Shown: in pieces, positions 1 to 7,750 of the stretch
Position numbering within the stretch: position 1 is the stretch's first letter
How the letters are laid out: each line of letters begins with the position of its first letter
NCBI GenBank assembly: GCA_016936695.1
Contig: JAFGXK010000154.1
Span: 1-35,988, forward strand
Origin: Bacteroidales bacterium
GTDB lineage: Bacteria; Bacteroidota; Bacteroidia; Bacteroidales; VadinHA17
Length of the DNA: 35,988 nucleotides
Direction of reading: 5' to 3'
Made by a program: the position numbers and the translations under genes
The notes under the pieces: model-generated
What the model saw: the letters and a program-made list of their open reading frames with translations, nothing else
Told to the model about the DNA's origin: nothing
Database searches by the model: none

Positions 1-1798
1 AGCGTTGTTTTTTGAAAAATCCCGCTATTAACATGGCTTTTTTGTGCCCGATCAGTTTTTCGAGCTCTGCTATGGAGGCGTCTTTGATTTTTTCGACCGA
101 TTCGAAATTTTTCAGCAGGATTTCTTTGGTCTTCGGTCCGACCCCTTTTATCTCATCCAGCTCCGACCTGGTCATTTCTGCTGACCTTTTATCGCGATGG
201 AAATTTATCCCGAAACGGTGGGCTTCATTCCTCATGGTCTGGATAAGTTTCAGCGTGTAGGAATTCTTGTCGAGATATATCGGTACCGAATCGCCGGGAA
301 AATAAATCTCCTCAAGTTTTTTTGCAATTCCGATAACAGTAATCCTTTCCCTGAGGCCAAGTTTTTCAATGCTTTTCATCGCCGACGAAAGTTGTCCCTT
401 GCCGCCGTCGATAACCACAAGCTGAGGCAGCGAAGTGTTTTCATCAAGCATTCTTTTATATCTCCTTAAGATAACTTCCTCCATCGATGAGAAATCGTCG
501 GGACCCGTAACCGTTTTTATGTTGAAATGTCTGTAATCCTTCTTGCTGGGAAGGCCGTTTCTGAAAACGACGCATGCTGCAACCGGGTTTGTCCCCATTA
601 TGTTCGAATTGTCGAAACAATCAATATGAGCCGGAAGAGCAGGCATATGAAGATCGTTTTTTACTTTTTCGAGATTGCGGCCTGTTCGCGTGACCTGTTT
701 GTGCTCGGTTTGTTTTCTCCTTTGTTCCAGCTTATAGTAGATGGCATTCCTCTCGGCGAGCTCAAGCAATTTCTGCTTATCCCCCATCCTGGGAACTGTG
801 TATTTAATTTTATCTAGCTGTATGTCAGGCCTAAACGGAACAATCACCTCTGGTGAATCACTGGAATACCTTTGCCGGATTTCGGCAACCGCCAATCCAA
901 GAAGTGATTCCTTGTCTTCATCAAGCCTTGTCCTCATCTCAAGAGTAAATGCCTGTACCACTGCTCCTTCGACTACTTTCAAGTAGTTCACATAGAACCT
1001 GTCCTGATCCTGCGTGCAGGCAAAAACATCGATGTTCTTTATAGTATTGCTGACCACTGCCGAACGGCTGCGAAATTTCATTAGGATGTCGACCTTTTCC
1101 TTGATCATCTGCGCCTCCTCAAACCGCAATTCCCTGGCCAAACGGTTCATCTTCTCCTTTAGCTGCCCGGTGACGCTCAACAGGTTTCCCTTAAGTATAT
1201 CCCTGATCTCAATTATTGTCTGGCTGTATTCCTGTTCGGTCTGCAAGCCGATGCATGGTGCCTTGCAGTTACCGATGTGATACTCAAGGCAGGGCTTGAA
1301 TTTGCCGGCCGTAATATTCTGTTCTGTAAGGTTGTAATTGCACGTTCTCAGCTTATAAAGATGCCTTATCAGTGTAAGAAGTGTCTTGACCATAAGTCCT
1401 GAAGTGTAGGGACCGAAATAATGGGATCCGTCCCGTATAACATTCCTGGTACTGAAAACACGGGGAAAGACCTCATTTTTAATACATATCCATGGAAATG
1501 TCTTATCGTCTTTAAGGAGGATATTATAGCGCGGCTGGTATTTTTTTATAAGGTTGTTTTCAAGCAGTAATGCATCGGATTCGGTATCAACTACAAAATG
1601 TCTGATTGCCACTGCCTTATTGATCATTACGGTTGTTTTGCCCGACTGGTTTCCTGAAAAATATGAGGTAATACGCTTCTTCAGGTTCTTTGCCTTTCCG
1701 ATATAAATAATTTTCCCTGAAGAGTCAAGAAACTGATAAACTCCCGGGTTGTCGGGAAGACTTGACAAAGTCGATTTAATATGCTCTCTGGCTGACAT
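1..1798 (-). CDS. uvrC: Excinuclease ABC subunit C (UvrC); C-terminal end runs off the window start
   Basis: Absent from the ORF track because the frame stays open to position 1. Reverse-strand translation from the ATG at 1798-1796 gives MSAREHIKSTLSSLPDNPGVYQFLDSSGKIIYIGKAKNLKKRITSYF (GIY-YIG nuclease motif), then ...KPCLEYHIGNCKAPCIG... It stays open for about 599 codons, ending ...AELEKLIGHKKAMLIAGFFKKQR. The + strand ORFs listed in 12-1280 are antisense shadows. Confidence 0.9.
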   Translation of the reverse strand, partial: MSAREHIKSTLSSLPDNPGVYQFLDSSGKIIYIGKAKNLKKRITSYFSGNQSGKTTVMINKAVAIRHFVVDTESDALLLENNLIKKYQPRYNILLKDDKTFPWICIKNEVFPRVFSTRNVIRDGSHYFGPYTSGLMVKTLLTLIRHLYKLRTCNYNLTEQNITAGKFKPCLEYHIGNCKAPCIGLQTEQEYSQTIIEIRDILKGNLLSVTGQLKEKMNRLARELRFEEAQMIKEKVDILMKFRSRSAVVSNTIKNIDVFACTQDQDRFYVNYLKVVEGAVVQAFTLEMRTRLDEDKESLLGLAVAEIRQRYSSDSPEVIVPFRPDIQLDKIKYTVPRMGDKQKLLELAERNAIYYKLEQRRKQTEHKQVTRTGRNLEKVKNDLHMPALPAHIDCFDNSNIMGTNPVAACVVFRNGLPSKKDYRHFNIKTVTGPDDFSSMEEVILRRYKRMLDENTSLPQLVVIDGGKGQLSSAMKSIEKLGLRERITVIGIAKKLEEIYFPGDSVPIYLDKNSYTLKLIQTMRNEAHRFGINFHRDKRSAEMTRSELDEIKGVGPKTKEILLKNFESVEKIKDASIAELEKLIGHKKAMLIAGFFKKQR

Positions 1799-1860
1799 CG
1801 GAAATGGATTTCAGGCAATAAAGATACGAAATGACTTTTTTTATCCTATCGCTATAGATA

Positions 1861-1882
1861 GAAAGCCACGGCCGTGGCTTTC
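1861..1882. terminator. Perfect 22-bp palindrome (gaaagccacgg/ccgtggctttc); possible second terminator hairpin or insulator between ade and the uvrC promoter
   Basis: Perfect 11+11 palindrome read directly from the sequence. There is no clear U-run on either side. Confidence 0.35.
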
Positions 1883-1892
1883 AACGAGTAAA

Positions 1893-1910
1893 AGGCCGCA
1901 AAAGCGGCCT
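1893..1910 (-). terminator. Candidate intrinsic terminator of ade
   Basis: aggccgc-aaaa-gcggcct forms a 7-bp GC-rich stem starting 6 nt past the ade stop codon (1916-1918). On the minus strand it is followed by TTTAC. Confidence 0.5.
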
Positions 1911-1915
1911 CTTCC

Positions 1916-3535
1916 TCAATCCAAAAATAATCCCGTATTCCTGAAAATCCTGACGTCAAACAAACCCCTGTCACTAATTTTGAGTTCCGGAATAACCAGG
2001 AGAGCCATGAATGAAAGTGTCATGAATGGTGCCGACATTGTACAGCCGCATGATATGACGAGTTCAGATAATCTTTCGTATTCCCCGGCAACTCTTTCTG
2101 CAGGTTCATCTGACATAATACCGGCAACCGGCAAAGGCAGAATTTTAATTTTTTTATTTTTTGACACCGCAAGTCCGCCTTTCATTTCAACCACGGCATT
2201 AATTGCTGAAACGATATCATCGTCGCTGGTTCCGATGCATATTATATTATGACTGTCGTGTGCCACCGAGCTGGCAAAGGCTCCGTTTTTCAGACCAAAA
2301 CCCTTTATGAATGCCGTTGCCGGCTTCATATCCCGGTAACGATCCTTTACAACAATTTTCAGGATGTCGGATTCCAAATCCGGGCTTAACTCCTCTCCCC
2401 TTTTCACAGGAAATAATATTTCGCCGGTCGTCAGGTCTCCGTCAAATGCTTCTATAACCCTTAGTTTTGATGTTTCAGACCTTATCCTGATATCTTCATT
2501 TTTTATTTTTGAACTTTTAAAATTATTTATGGCTCCGGAACTGCGGTAACCAAACAATACCCTGCCGTCGTCAAATACCTTGGCGCCATCAATCCAGGTC
2601 TGCCTGACTTTCATTGATTGAAGATCATCAACCATTATGAAATCGGCCGGATCACCTGGTTTAAGCAGACCGGCATCGAGACCATAATGAATTGCCGGGT
2701 TAATTGTGCAACTACGGATTACATCAAAAACATCATAGCCTTCTGATATAAGCAAGGCCACAAGTCTGTCGATATGTCCTCTTATAAGCATTTCAGGATG
2801 GAGATCATCGCTGCAAAGCATAATTTGATCGGGATCAGTTTTGAATAATGATTTAAGAGCATCGAGGTTTCGTGCTGCACTCCCTTCCCTGATCAGGATT
2901 TTCATACCCAGGATTATCTTTTCGCGGGCCTCCTCGATTGTGGTGCATTCATGATCGGTTGAAATGCCGGCAGAAACATATTTTCTCAATTCATCCCCGG
3001 TTAGTCCAGGTGCATGTCCGTCAACCGGCTTTCCTGCTTTGCGGGCATAGTCAATTTTTTTCAGCACTTCCTTGTCGCCGTAGATAACCCCTGGAAAATT
3101 CATCATTTCTGAAAGATACCTGACTGACGGCCTGGCAAGCAAATCCTTAACACCTTTAGAATCAATAACAGCGCCAGATGATTCGAAACTTGTTGCCGGT
3201 ACGCAGGAAGGAGCACCAAAATAGAACTTAAGGGGAACCTTTGATGCATCCTCTATCATGTATTCAACGCCACGTATGCCCAGGACGTTGGCAATTTCGT
3301 GGGGATCCGATACCACTGCCGTTGTTCCACGTGAAACAGCCGCTATGGCAAAAGATCCCGGATTAAGCATCGAACTCTCAATATGTATGTGAGAATCAAT
3401 CAATCCAGGAAGAATATATCCCTGCTCATCGTGATCACATCTGATGATCTGCTCTATTTTCCTGTCATTTACAATTATCCTGGCGGGATATATTTCTCTT
3501 CTGTGGATGTCAACCAGATTTCCATTTATCTCCAT
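1916..3535 (-). CDS. ade: Adenine deaminase (amidohydrolase superfamily)
   Basis: 539-aa ORF. It carries the N-terminal metal motif GLIDSHIHIESSM, plus DPHEIANV, PVDGHAPGL and STDHEC, and matches adenine deaminase in length and overall layout. Confidence 0.9.
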   Translation of the reverse strand: MEINGNLVDIHRREIYPARIIVNDRKIEQIIRCDHDEQGYILPGLIDSHIHIESSMLNPGSFAIAAVSRGTTAVVSDPHEIANVLGIRGVEYMIEDASKVPLKFYFGAPSCVPATSFESSGAVIDSKGVKDLLARPSVRYLSEMMNFPGVIYGDKEVLKKIDYARKAGKPVDGHAPGLTGDELRKYVSAGISTDHECTTIEEAREKIILGMKILIREGSAARNLDALKSLFKTDPDQIMLCSDDLHPEMLIRGHIDRLVALLISEGYDVFDVIRSCTINPAIHYGLDAGLLKPGDPADFIMVDDLQSMKVRQTWIDGAKVFDDGRVLFGYRSSGAINNFKSSKIKNEDIRIRSETSKLRVIEAFDGDLTTGEILFPVKRGEELSPDLESDILKIVVKDRYRDMKPATAFIKGFGLKNGAFASSVAHDSHNIICIGTSDDDIVSAINAVVEMKGGLAVSKNKKIKILPLPVAGIMSDEPAERVAGEYERLSELVISCGCTMSAPFMTLSFMALLVIPELKISDRGLFDVRIFRNTGLFLD

Positions 3536-3820
3536 AGTATTGATTTTTAATATAACAGAAATGGTATTTAAATGTCCTTATCTGCTGATTGTCAAAGTGA
3601 TCCTTCCACGGAATTCGTCGTAGCCTTTCTCTTCAGAGTTAATATCTGGAAGATTTTTTCTTAATTCTATATCATTATAAAGAAAACGATCAATGTTAGA
3701 AAAATCAACTGCCAACCTAGAAGATTTTCAACTTATGGAGGTATTTTTTTGACAATTCCACGATCAGTCAGTTCAAGTATAGGGATTATACTCAAGGAGA
3801 AGAGGAGAGTAGCTTTTCAG

Positions 3821-4490
3821 ATCCGTCAGCTGAAGCAGACGGTAAGGGGTTATAATTCAGATGATTGTTCGAATTAACAGCATTATTCCTGCATACCTCT
3901 TGCTGCTGCCCTTGGCCTTAAGCCAGCGATATAGAAGTAACTCAACCTGAGCATCTATTCGTGCATAACCGCCGGCTTCAGCCGGCGGATTATGAGCAGG
4001 GATTATCCCGAGCTGACTTTGCCCTCACCCCTGGTTTAAGCCTACGGATCAGGAGCAGGGATTATCCCGAGCTGACTTTGCCAATACCGCTGGCTAAAGC
4101 CAAAGGTTTTGCAACAACCCTACTCACCTGCTATCCCTGGCTAAAACCAAAGGCTGGAGTCCCTATTCCGTCAGCTAAAGCAGACGGTAAGGGATTATAA
4201 TTCTATGTATTTCTCGAATTTGTAATATTATTCCTGCACTTCCCTTGCTGCTGCTCTTGGCCTTAAGCCAGTACTATAGAAGTAAATCAACCTGAGCAGC
4301 TATTAATGCATAACCGCCGGCTTCAGCCGGCGGATTAACAGCAGGGACTATCTTGTGCAGACTTTGCCCAAACCGCTGCCTTCAGCCTGTGGATCAGGAG
4401 TAGAGGTTATCTAGATAACTGACTTTGCCCAAACCGCTGGCTAAAGCCAACGGTTTTGCTGTAACCCTACTCATCTGCTAATGTATCTGT
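3821..4490. repeat. Two diverged tandem copies of a ~344-bp non-coding unit (about 3821-4165 and 4166-4490)
   Basis: Hand alignment. Both copies run tccgtcagct[g/a]aagcagacggtaagg[g/a]gttataattc ... attattcctgca...ttgctgctgc.cttggccttaagccag ... tatagaagtaa.tcaacctgagca.ctatt..tgcataaccgccggcttcagccggcggatta ... gactttgcc....ccgctggctaaagccaa.ggttttgc...aaccctactca.ctgcta. They are roughly four-fifths identical by eye. Confidence 0.85.
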
Positions 4491-4730
4491 TACTTAACTC
4501 GCTTTGATCAAAGCCAGTCTTCCTCCCGCAAAACTGTTTTTCCTACAGTTGGCTTTAGCCAACAGTCCTGAGGCATTCATCTTCAGGTAAAATCAAGTTC
4601 AATTACTCCCACTATAACATATCTTAATTTAATGCAGCATTTCACCCATAAGACTCTTACTGTTACCGTTGTCTTCAGCCAACGGCATGAGAAATTAGCC
4701 AAACCTTATACCTTTGGCTTCTGCTAACGG
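3823..4730. repeat. Array of at least 12 copies of a 20-nt GC-rich hairpin, consensus CCG-NN-GGC-TNNA-GCC-NN-CGG (REP-like)
   Basis: Strong copies (7-8 bp stems): 3823-3842, 3969-3988 (perfect 8 bp), 4168-4187, 4314-4333 (perfect 8 bp), 4434-4453, 4548-4563 and 4666-4685. Degenerate copies: 4028-4047, 4087-4106, 4135-4153, 4373-4392 and 4711-4730. The weaker GGCCTTAAGCC variants at 3911-3926 and 4256-4271 are not counted among the 12. Confidence 0.8.
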
Positions 4731-4983
4731 AATAAAGGAGACACCCCCTATCATCTCCTCTCCTTCCTCCCTCCACTATTTGTATTTTATCTTCGATTAG
4801 TTCTAATATTTTCCATCGCCCTCAGAGCAACTGCTTATTAGAATGACATTGTCTATTCGGTAACAATCTTCTGAATCGCTCTCTATGCAACAGCCTGGAG
4901 CTTGTTTGAAAGTTTCCGCTTTGTCTCTGCAAATAGAAAACAAATATTCAAGAGCAAAAAATTACCAGTTTGAAATTTGGATT

Positions 4984-4997
4984 GTTCCACGTGGAAC
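4984..4997 (-). terminator. 14-bp perfect palindrome GTTCCACGTGGAAC directly after the mnmG stop codon; weak terminator candidate
   Basis: Read directly. It lies 1 nt past the mnmG stop codon (4999-5001). The stem is only 5 bp with a 4-nt loop, and the tail is A/U-rich but not a U-run. Confidence 0.25.
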
Positions 4998-4998
4998 C

Positions 4999-6873
4999 CT
5001 ATCTTCCCAGATACATCAGCAGAATATTTACATCAGATGGTGAAACTCCGCTTATCCGAGTGGCCTGACCGATAGTATCTGGATTTATCCTGGCGAGTTT
5101 TTGTCTCCCTTCTGTCGAAATTGACAATAATTCCGAATAATCAATGTCCGGTGGAATTTTAACACGATCCAGTCGCCTTATCTTCTCTGCGATTAACTTT
5201 TCCCGCTGAATGTAGCCCTCATATTTTATCCTGATCTCTGCTGATTCAAGAACTTCACTATCCATTCCACTTTCTGCAAGCTTCAACAGATAATCCGGAG
5301 AAATCTCGTTAAGTAGAGCCTTAACCGTTACCTGTGGTCTGGCTGCAATGTTAATTGCTTTCGTCTTCTGCTTAATCCCCGCTGTTCCTGCATTCTCAAG
5401 AAAGGAAGAAATCCTTTCCGGCTCCAGCCTGCTATCCTCAAGAAAACTTATCAGTCCTTCCACCATCTTTGTCTTTTTTTCTAGCCTGTCAACCCTTGAC
5501 TTTTCAGCAAGCCCTATTTCATAACCCTTCAATGTCAGTCTTTCGTCAGCATTATCCTGCCTTAGTAAAATCCTGTACTCAGCCCTGGCAGTAAACATTC
5601 TGTATGGTTCGTCAATTCCCTTCGTAACGAGATCATCAATTAAAACTCCAATATAGGACTCGTCACGTCCAAGTACTAGTTCATCTTTACCCCTTATTTT
5701 TTGTACGGCATTTATTCCGGCCATTATTCCCTGTGCCGCCGCCTCCTCATATCCGGTTGTTCCATTTATCTGTCCTGCAAAATAGAGTCCCTCCACTTTC
5801 TTTGTCTCCAGAGTATGCCTAAGCTGCGTAGGCTGGAAAAAATCATACTCAATTGCGTAGCCGGGCCTGAAGATTTCCACTCTTTCCAGACCCTTTACCA
5901 TTCTAAGAGCATTTACCTGGGTTTCCAAAGGTAAACTGCTTGCATATCCGTTAAGGTAATACTCTGTGGTATCCCTCCCTTCCGGTTCGACGAAAAGCTG
6001 GTGAGTATCCTTCTCACTGAATGTTACAATCTTTGTCTCTATGCTCGGACAATATCGCGGGCCAATGCCCTTTATCCTTCCTGCATAAAGCGGGCTGAAC
6101 TCCAGACCTTTCCTCAGCTCCTCATGAACCGCAGCATTGGTATGTGTCATATAGCAACTCATCTGTTTGCCCCTCACTCCTCCGCTTCCCATATATGAAA
6201 ACGTCCTTCCTTCTTCATCACCCTTCTGCTCCGTCATAGCTGCGAAATCAATTGTCCTTCCGTCAAGCCTGGCACTGGTTCCTGTCTTTAATCTCTCTAC
6301 CTTAAAGCCAAGTCCGGCTAACTGTTGGCTAAGTCCGGAAGAAGAATCATCACCTGACCTTCCTCCTTTTACATTCCGGAATCCTACATGCATGAGTCCG
6401 TTGAGAAAAGTACCATTCGTGAGGATAACCGCATCTGCCAGGAACCGGGTACCAAAAGCTGTTTCAACACCAGTTATCCGGCTACCTTCCATAAGAATCT
6501 TTTGTGCCTCCTCCTGCCATATGAAGAGATTGTCTGTCCTCTCCAGAACTTTTCTCCATTCAATGCTGAAACCCTGCCTGTCACACTGTGCACGCGGACT
6601 CCACATCGCTGGTCCTTTTGATCGGTTAAGCATCCTGAACTGAACCATGCTGGCGTCAGTAATAATTCCGCTCATTCCTCCCAACGCGTCTATCTCCCTG
6701 ATTATCTGTCCTTTTGCGATACCTCCCATGGCCGGATTACAGGACATCTGCGCTAACTTGGTCATATCCATAGTTATAAGCAAGGTCCTGGCTCCCATTC
6801 TTGCCGCTGCATAAGCCGCCTCACAGCCGGCATGTCCTCCTCCCACAACAATCACCTCATACCTGAAATTCAT
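4999..6873 (-). CDS. mnmG: tRNA uridine-5-carboxymethylaminomethyl(34) synthesis enzyme MnmG (GidA)
   Basis: 624-aa ORF. It has the FAD-binding N-terminus VIVVGGGHAGCEAA, then SCNPAMGGIAKG and GPRYCPSIE, and is typical MnmG over its full length. Confidence 0.95.
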   Translation of the reverse strand: MNFRYEVIVVGGGHAGCEAAYAAARMGARTLLITMDMTKLAQMSCNPAMGGIAKGQIIREIDALGGMSGIITDASMVQFRMLNRSKGPAMWSPRAQCDRQGFSIEWRKVLERTDNLFIWQEEAQKILMEGSRITGVETAFGTRFLADAVILTNGTFLNGLMHVGFRNVKGGRSGDDSSSGLSQQLAGLGFKVERLKTGTSARLDGRTIDFAAMTEQKGDEEGRTFSYMGSGGVRGKQMSCYMTHTNAAVHEELRKGLEFSPLYAGRIKGIGPRYCPSIETKIVTFSEKDTHQLFVEPEGRDTTEYYLNGYASSLPLETQVNALRMVKGLERVEIFRPGYAIEYDFFQPTQLRHTLETKKVEGLYFAGQINGTTGYEEAAAQGIMAGINAVQKIRGKDELVLGRDESYIGVLIDDLVTKGIDEPYRMFTARAEYRILLRQDNADERLTLKGYEIGLAEKSRVDRLEKKTKMVEGLISFLEDSRLEPERISSFLENAGTAGIKQKTKAINIAARPQVTVKALLNEISPDYLLKLAESGMDSEVLESAEIRIKYEGYIQREKLIAEKIRRLDRVKIPPDIDYSELLSISTEGRQKLARINPDTIGQATRISGVSPSDVNILLMYLGR

Positions 6874-7298
6874 AATATTGCTTCTCTTATTTGCGCCAAT
6901 TTGTCTTCCTGTACCTTAATCATCTTTTTTCTTTCTTCCGCGCTTCCATCCCTGTACCCGCAAAGATGAAGCACTCCGTGTATCATAACCCTGACAACTT
7001 CTTCCTGAAGCCTGCATTTGTACTGCCTCGCGTTTTTTCTCACTGTATCGATGCTTATAAATACTTCACCGCTTACAAGCCCGGATTCAGATTTATCAAA
7101 TGCTATGACATCTGTATAATAGTCATGCTTCAAAAACTCCCTGTTAATCGTTAATATGGTTTCATCGTCCGTTATAATAAAGACAAGGTCACCCGGGATC
7201 TTATGCTCATCCCTGATGACCTTCTCCAGAAATCGTCTGATTTCCCTGGCTTTGTTGATCCTATAATTTATCTGGTCATAATAAATCCTGATGCTCAA
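6870..7298 (-). CDS. ybeY: rRNA maturation endoribonuclease YbeY
   Basis: 142-aa ORF with the zinc motif HGVLHLCGYRD. It overlaps the mnmG start by 4 bp. Confidence 0.9.
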   Translation of the reverse strand: MSIRIYYDQINYRINKAREIRRFLEKVIRDEHKIPGDLVFIITDDETILTINREFLKHDYYTDVIAFDKSESGLVSGEVFISIDTVRKNARQYKCRLQEEVVRVMIHGVLHLCGYRDGSAEERKKMIKVQEDKLAQIREAIL

Positions 7299-7708
7299 TC
7301 AGTTACCTCCTTAAAACTCATGGTTACACTATTTCCCTTCTCATTGAACGTAATTTCATCGGATAGCTTGGTCATAAGAAAAACTCCTCTTCCGCTTAAC
7401 TCTTCGATATTTGCCGGAAGTGTAGGATCAGGAATACGTTTCGGATCAAATCCATCTCCCTGATCTGTAACAGTAATAATCAAGTCATTGTCCTTGTACT
7501 CAATTATTACATCGACAAGCTTTTCCGGTATTTCCCTGTTCCCGTGCTTTATGGCGTTATTTACTGCTTCGAGGGTGGCTACCAGTATCTTCCCGTAGTT
7601 ATCCTGGTTGATGCCAATTGCTCCCGTCATTTCGTCAATTGCATTTTCTATTATTCTAAGACTGGCAGTCTTCGATTCAACTTTCAATCTTTTGTACATT
7701 TTAGCCAT
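7295..7708 (-). CDS. Small GHKL-type ATP-binding protein, RsbW/SpoIIAB-like (anti-sigma factor / Ser kinase fold)
   Basis: 137-aa ORF. It has an N-box-like EAVNNAIKHGN, a G1-like VTDQGDGFDP and a G2-like GRGVFLM. It overlaps ybeY by 4 bp. Confidence 0.7.
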   Translation of the reverse strand: MAKMYKRLKVESKTASLRIIENAIDEMTGAIGINQDNYGKILVATLEAVNNAIKHGNREIPEKLVDVIIEYKDNDLIITVTDQGDGFDPKRIPDPTLPANIEELSGRGVFLMTKLSDEITFNEKGNSVTMSFKEVTD

Positions 7709-7750
7709 AAAAGCTTAATTTCTGTTTGCACCGCAAAAATAATGCAATTT

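Noticed and set aside
3969-3988. tRNA-like anticodon arm (stem GCCGG, 7-nt loop CTTCAGC, which would read as a UCA anticodon)
   Set aside because: No acceptor, D or T arms surround it. The nearby GTTCGAAT at 3866 has no supporting stem and is not conserved in the second copy. This is a coincidental feature of the hairpin family.
3961-4200. 79-aa ORF (MHNRRLQPADYEQGLSRADF...PLAKAKG...PSAKADGKGL) inside the ade-mnmG spacer
   Set aside because: Its sequence is a direct read-through of the GC-rich hairpin repeats. The composition is low-complexity and repeat-dictated, and the second tandem copy is not kept in frame. It is a repeat artefact, not a gene.
3969-4453. Possible CRISPR array, because 20-nt palindromic repeats recur every 59-61 bp
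   Set aside because: The segments between the repeats are homologous to one another (agcagggattatcccgagctgactttgcc) rather than being unique spacers. The repeats themselves are degenerate, there are only 2-3 units per block, and no cas genes are in the window.
3821-4490. Diversity-generating retroelement template/variable repeat pair
   Set aside because: Differences between the two copies are not biased toward adenine positions. Neither copy lies in a coding region, and no reverse transcriptase gene is present.
3536-4998. Chromosomal replication origin, because mnmG (gidA) flanks oriC in many bacteria
   Set aside because: I found no TTATCCACA/TGTGGATAA DnaA boxes. The best matches are two 7/9 sites, TTATCCCGA at 4003-4011 and 4062-4070, and these belong to the repeat linker. 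No dnaA or dnaN is nearby. Only a genome-wide GC-skew analysis could settle this.
6167-6643. Long antisense ORFs inside well-supported genes. Examples are 6167-6643 in mnmG, 12775-13218 in the flippase, 20762-21271 across rpiB/Rrf2, 26795-27307 and 27195-27623 in GH20, 28418-28897 in the esterase, and 24278-25174 in the PurF-like gene.
   Set aside because: These are shadow ORFs opposite strongly family-like coding frames. None shows conserved motifs, and their sequences are Ser/Pro/Leu-rich as expected for antisense frames.
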